A stretch of DNA of 64,000 nt. It comes from an uncultured cyanobacterium. GTDB taxonomy: Bacteria > Cyanobacteriota > Cyanobacteriia > Cyanobacteriales > CAWUOF01. Below, in pieces: positions 60,333 through 64,000 of this stretch. Position 1 is the stretch's first letter. The number at the start of each line of letters is the position of its first letter. The stretch lies in contig CAVUSO010000001.1 of assembly GCA_963744145.1 (NCBI GenBank), positions 3,712,001-3,776,000 on the forward strand, in the 5' to 3' direction. The translations under genes and the position numbers were made by a program. The notes beneath the pieces are model-generated. The model did no database searches and was not told the origin of the DNA. It saw only the letters and a list, made by a program, of their open reading frames with translations.

Positions 60333-63300
60333 TTACGCTCTTAATAAAAGTGCAGCTAAATAAATTTTGATACTGCTAGGTTTCGTTGTTTCATGCAGAA
60401 TTAGATTTAAGTTATTTGTATCTTGCACTAATTCAATCACAAATTTTTCATCATCTAAATTTGACTTATCTCCGTCAGTATAATCTTTTAAAAGTTTCTG
60501 GACTAGTTTGCTTTCTTTCCAAGAATTGAGTTTTTTAATCGTCCCCTTAACTATCCCTCGATCTAAACCATCTGGAAATACAGACATATTGACCCGACGT
60601 TGGATTTTGCTAATTCGTTCCGAGGTAATGTTAATATTTTCTAATGTTTCTGGTTGGGCTAATTCTGCACTACGTTGTTGTTTTAATTTCACCAGTTCTT
60701 GGTAAATTGATTGCAATTCTGTTAGTAAATATTTGATGGAAAATATATTGCTAGTAACTGGAGTTTTGAAACTGGTCGCGATCGCAATTCCATAACCATC
60801 TTTTTCTCCTGTTTGGTTATTCCAATATAGGGTTTGCTGTTGGTTGGTAATTGGTTCACCATTAGGACCGAAATATTTTACAGTTAATGCTACTAATCCA
60901 GTTGGTTCCTGGGGTTCTCCGGTCCGACGACCCACGGTGATGGGGTTTGCTTGGTAGTTTTCACCTAATTTTTTTACCAATTCGCTTAGTTCTTCACTAT
61001 GTAAAATCTCATTTTGAGTATAAAGATCACGATGGGTTTCTTGTTTTTGATAAGCGTCTTCTTGTAAATTACCTTGTTCTATTTTTCTAGCTTTGACTAA
61101 GCTTTGGATAAAATCTACATACCCTGGTAAAATTTCCTCATCGAATAGAGTATCACCATAGATAGAAGCACCTAAATTATTAATGCTAGCAATAGTCGGA
61201 ATCTTGGCTTTTAGGTTAATATCTGTTTTAGTATCCTGGGGAACTAATGCTCCGACTAATTTTTTATGCAAATTTGCTAGTCGAGATGCTTGTCTTAATA
61301 GTTGACTTTCGCTGTTAGCATAATAAATATAAATATGTTCAGTTTGATGCTGTTTAGGTCGGTCAATTCGTCCAATTCTTTGCTCTAAAGTCATGGGATT
61401 CCAAGGTAAGTCAATATTAATTAAGTAGTCTGCATCCTGGAGATTTTGTCCGACTGATAAGGTTTCTGAACCAATTAAGACGTTAATTTCTGCTTCGGGT
61501 TTGGGACGTTCTGTCGGATTTTTACAACTAGCACTGGGTGCAAATAGTCTAAAGATGTTTTGACGATTTGCAGTTGTAGGATTGCTTTTAGGTGGTAGAA
61601 TCTGACCAGGATTGACTTTTTCTGGTTGATCTGCATTGTTGGGATAATAGAGTTTTGTTGATCCGATTAGCATCCCCATTCCTTTAGCTGCGATCGCACG
61701 ATCACGAGTCATATAACGATAATAATCTATGACTGTATCGCTGAATGTGGAAATGAGTAGTACCTTATGACCAAGATTAACTAATTCGCGGACTTTTTTA
61801 GTTACCTGTTGTCTTTTGTGGTCAATGATAAACTCTTCCCTCAGCAGAATTTGAATTTCTTTTAGTTGTTGTAAGTCACTTTCACAATCAGCTAACATTC
61901 GATCGTAAATTTCTTGAGCTTGGTGAGGATTATTCTGTAAAGCATTGGTAGTTATTTCGATCGAACGTTTGAGCTGTTGACGTTTTTGTTGGTTGTCTGC
62001 TTCGTTTTCTTCTTCCTCTTCTTCTTCATAGTCTTCATCCCAGCTTTCCCGATCGTCATCATCTAAGAATTTTTCTGAGGGATCTTTTTGATCTGATTCA
62101 AATTTGTAATGGATGAGTAAAAATTCTTTGAGTCCATCAGCGTCAGGAGAAACTAATTCTAAACGGGATTGCATTTGTTGAATCCGATATCCGAAATTTT
62201 TAATAGTTCGACTGAGAGCATACATACTAGATTCAGCTCTTTGGAGGAAAAAACGACGTTGGTTAGCTAGTAAACTGCGTTGTTCTACATTACTGGTTAA
62301 ATAACGAATAGGATCAGCAAAGGGAATATAAAGATTAGTTTCAAATTGGGTGAAAATTTGGTCTAATGCTTCCTCCGTACTGGGTTCAAATTGGACTGGT
62401 AACCATTCTGCAATTCGTTTAGCATATAGGTTTAAATCTGGGGTTGCTTCTCGGAGCATTTGTCTGGTTCGTTGGAGAAATAGTTCTTTGTAGGTACGAC
62501 GAAATAGTTCTGTATTATCGGTAAAGTTTTCTACCCCAATTTCTCGATTTTGAAACCATTGGGTTACTTCTGGGGGAAATTTTAACTGGTTAAACCCTTG
62601 GGGACGACTTAAGAATGGAGTGAGAATGTTATAAATATCTTCTCGACGGTTATTCCAAGGAGTAGCAGTTAACAGAAGAAAATAACGCTGTCGCTTAGAT
62701 TCGCGATCGCTTGTTTGGATCTGTAAGCAAGTCTTATGGATGCGGTTTTGATAGTTGCGAATACCTTCATGAGCTTCATCAATAATTACTAAATCTGGTC
62801 CACCATAACGATTGAAGTCTGCTAAAAAGTTACTTCCTTTACGACTCATGAGGTTTTTATTATATAGTTCATAGTCTTTGGGTTGAAATCCTAATTCAGC
62901 TAATTCTCTTTCCCAGTTGGAGTGCAGTTTTTTAGCAGCAATAATTGCTATTTTGGTTTGACCATTTTGTTGACGATATAATCTTGCAACAGTAGCAGCT
63001 AAACGAGTTTTTCCTAAACCTACAGCATCAGCACAAACCGCGACACCAAAATCCTCCATCACTCTGAGACAATGTTGCGCTCCAGATTTTTGATGTTCAA
63101 ATAAGACGCTTTGATTTAATAGTTCATCCAGTAAATTACTACGTTCTACTCGGAACTGTTGGGGACGTTGTTGTGCTAACCAGTAAAGAAAATCATTCGG
63201 TGTACCATTATTACCAGCTAAAATCATTTCTACTGCTGATTTAAAACCTTCAATTTCTGCAAAATCAGGAATTTCTTCCGACTGGGTAACTATGGGTGGT

Positions 63301-64000
63301 TTTTGGATGGAGGTATGATAAACTCCACTAGGGGTTTTAGTTTTTAACTCACCGAGGGGAATCGGTGGATGATGGGGATGTACTGCAATTTGACCAATAA
63401 TCTGTTCGGGTTTTTGACTATCAATTGTGACTGTCACCAGTTCATTATCAATAACTTCTATAGTTTCTACTTGATCTAGGTTTTGACCAGTTATTTTGAT
63501 CGTAGTAGTTTCCCCTGGTGGGAATTCATCCGGTGTAATAGAATCAAATACTGGTGCTTTTAATTGACTGCGACGTTCTTTTTCTGTTAATACCTGTTGT
63601 AAAAATTCTTGACTAAGTTCAAAGGTTAAATTGTGATCTTGCCATTCTGTATCAAATTGATTAATAGTATCTAAGATTGATTCTTTATCTAAATCATCCC
63701 AGGAATAAAGGAAAGTGACACTTTCAGCATTGCGGGAATGAGCTGCACGGGTGAAGTTATCAGAACCATCATGTTGGATATGATTTTCTAGTTTGTCGCT
63801 GAGAATACCAGTTTTTTTATGATAGATGGCTTTTCCTGTATCCATCTTAATGAGTTTAAGTTCTAAGAATTCCAGTCTGACTAATTCTGCTAGGATTTCT
63901 GTACTGTTAAACTCTCCATCTTTTAAACCTTGGAGAAATTCTTTTAAGCTCCGTTGAATAAATTGGGCGCGATAATGAGGATCATATAATTTTTCTAATT
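60333..64000 (-). CDS. PLD-nuclease + Ig-like + SNF2-related helicase; 5' end lies beyond the window
   Basis: Frame is open to 64000 (LEKLYDPHYRAQF...); YHKKTGILSD and GSDNFT; ADAVGLGKT, DEAH, LTATP, PWNP..EQRIGRIDR. Confidence 0.88.
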   Translation of the reverse strand, partial: LEKLYDPHYRAQFIQRSLKEFLQGLKDGEFNSTEILAELVRLEFLELKLIKMDTGKAIYHKKTGILSDKLENHIQHDGSDNFTRAAHSRNAESVTFLYSWDDLDKESILDTINQFDTEWQDHNLTFELSQEFLQQVLTEKERRSQLKAPVFDSITPDEFPPGETTTIKITGQNLDQVETIEVIDNELVTVTIDSQKPEQIIGQIAVHPHHPPIPLGELKTKTPSGVYHTSIQKPPIVTQSEEIPDFAEIEGFKSAVEMILAGNNGTPNDFLYWLAQQRPQQFRVERSNLLDELLNQSVLFEHQKSGAQHCLRVMEDFGVAVCADAVGLGKTRLAATVARLYRQQNGQTKIAIIAAKKLHSNWERELAELGFQPKDYELYNKNLMSRKGSNFLADFNRYGGPDLVIIDEAHEGIRNYQNRIHKTCLQIQTSDRESKRQRYFLLLTATPWNNRREDIYNILTPFLSRPQGFNQLKFPPEVTQWFQNREIGVENFTDNTELFRRTYKELFLQRTRQMLREATPDLNLYAKRIAEWLPVQFEPSTEEALDQIFTQFETNLYIPFADPIRYLTSNVEQRSLLANQRRFFLQRAESSMYALSRTIKNFGYRIQQMQSRLELVSPDADGLKEFLLIHYKFESDQKDPSEKFLDDDDRESWDEDYEEEEEEENEADNQQKRQQLKRSIEITTNALQNNPHQAQEIYDRMLADCESDLQQLKEIQILLREEFIIDHKRQQVTKKVRELVNLGHKVLLISTFSDTVIDYYRYMTRDRAIAAKGMGMLIGSTKLYYPNNADQPEKVNPGQILPPKSNPTTANRQNIFRLFAPSASCKNPTERPKPEAEINVLIGSETLSVGQNLQDADYLINIDLPWNPMTLEQRIGRIDRPKQHQTEHIYIYYANSESQLLRQASRLANLHKKLVGALVPQDTKTDINLKAKIPTIASINNLGASIYGDTLFDEEILPGYVDFIQSLVKARKIEQGNLQEDAYQKQETHRDLYTQNEILHSEELSELVKKLGENYQANPITVGRRTGEPQEPTGLVALTVKYFGPNGEPITNQQQTLYWNNQTGEKDGYGIAIATSFKTPVTSNIFSIKYLLTELQSIYQELVKLKQQRSAELAQPETLENINITSERISKIQRRVNMSVFPDGLDRGIVKGTIKKLNSWKESKLVQKLLKDYTDGDKSNLDDEKFVIELVQDTNNLNLILHETTKPSSIKIYLAALLLRA

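Noticed and set aside
60333..64000. DISARM or BREX assignment
   Set aside because: Partner genes are not visible and the gene is cut by the window edge.
1..64000. tRNA or rRNA genes, and the remaining short antisense ORFs in the track
   Set aside because: No cloverleaf or rRNA signature seen by eye; the short ORFs overlap well-supported genes.

Overview
AT-rich cyanobacterial chromosomal segment, rich in HIP1 (GCGATCGC) sites. A filamentous Oscillatoriales-like source is my inference. Housekeeping genes (ispG, ctpC, leuS, sigG/anti-sigma, psbN, psbI, DUF3769, GH38 mannosidase, bilin lyase, nblB-like, frmA, DUF2997-DUF1257-ferredoxin) alternate with four accessory blocks. (1) The left end carries a SLOG-protein + HisRS operon with no perfect HIP1 site, divergent from an HTH-NB-ARC regulator, followed by a decaying toxin-antitoxin cluster. 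(2) A ~15 kb surface-modification locus holds an RTX protein, TPR-GT61, a TPR-only protein, a methyltransferase-UbiA-TPR fusion, TPR-sulfotransferase, GT4-methyltransferase and GT4-GT2. (3) A two-component-associated CcdA/thioredoxin module has phased operator-like repeats. (4) The right end has a degraded IS1 with nested miniature elements, a candidate RNase toxin/immunity pair, HIP1-bounded gene fragments, DUF790 and a PLD-Ig-SNF2 helicase that runs off the window. Several MITE/REP elements are present, two with clear target-site duplications. No rRNA, tRNA or CRISPR array was seen. All family calls come from motif recognition by eye; no searches were run.
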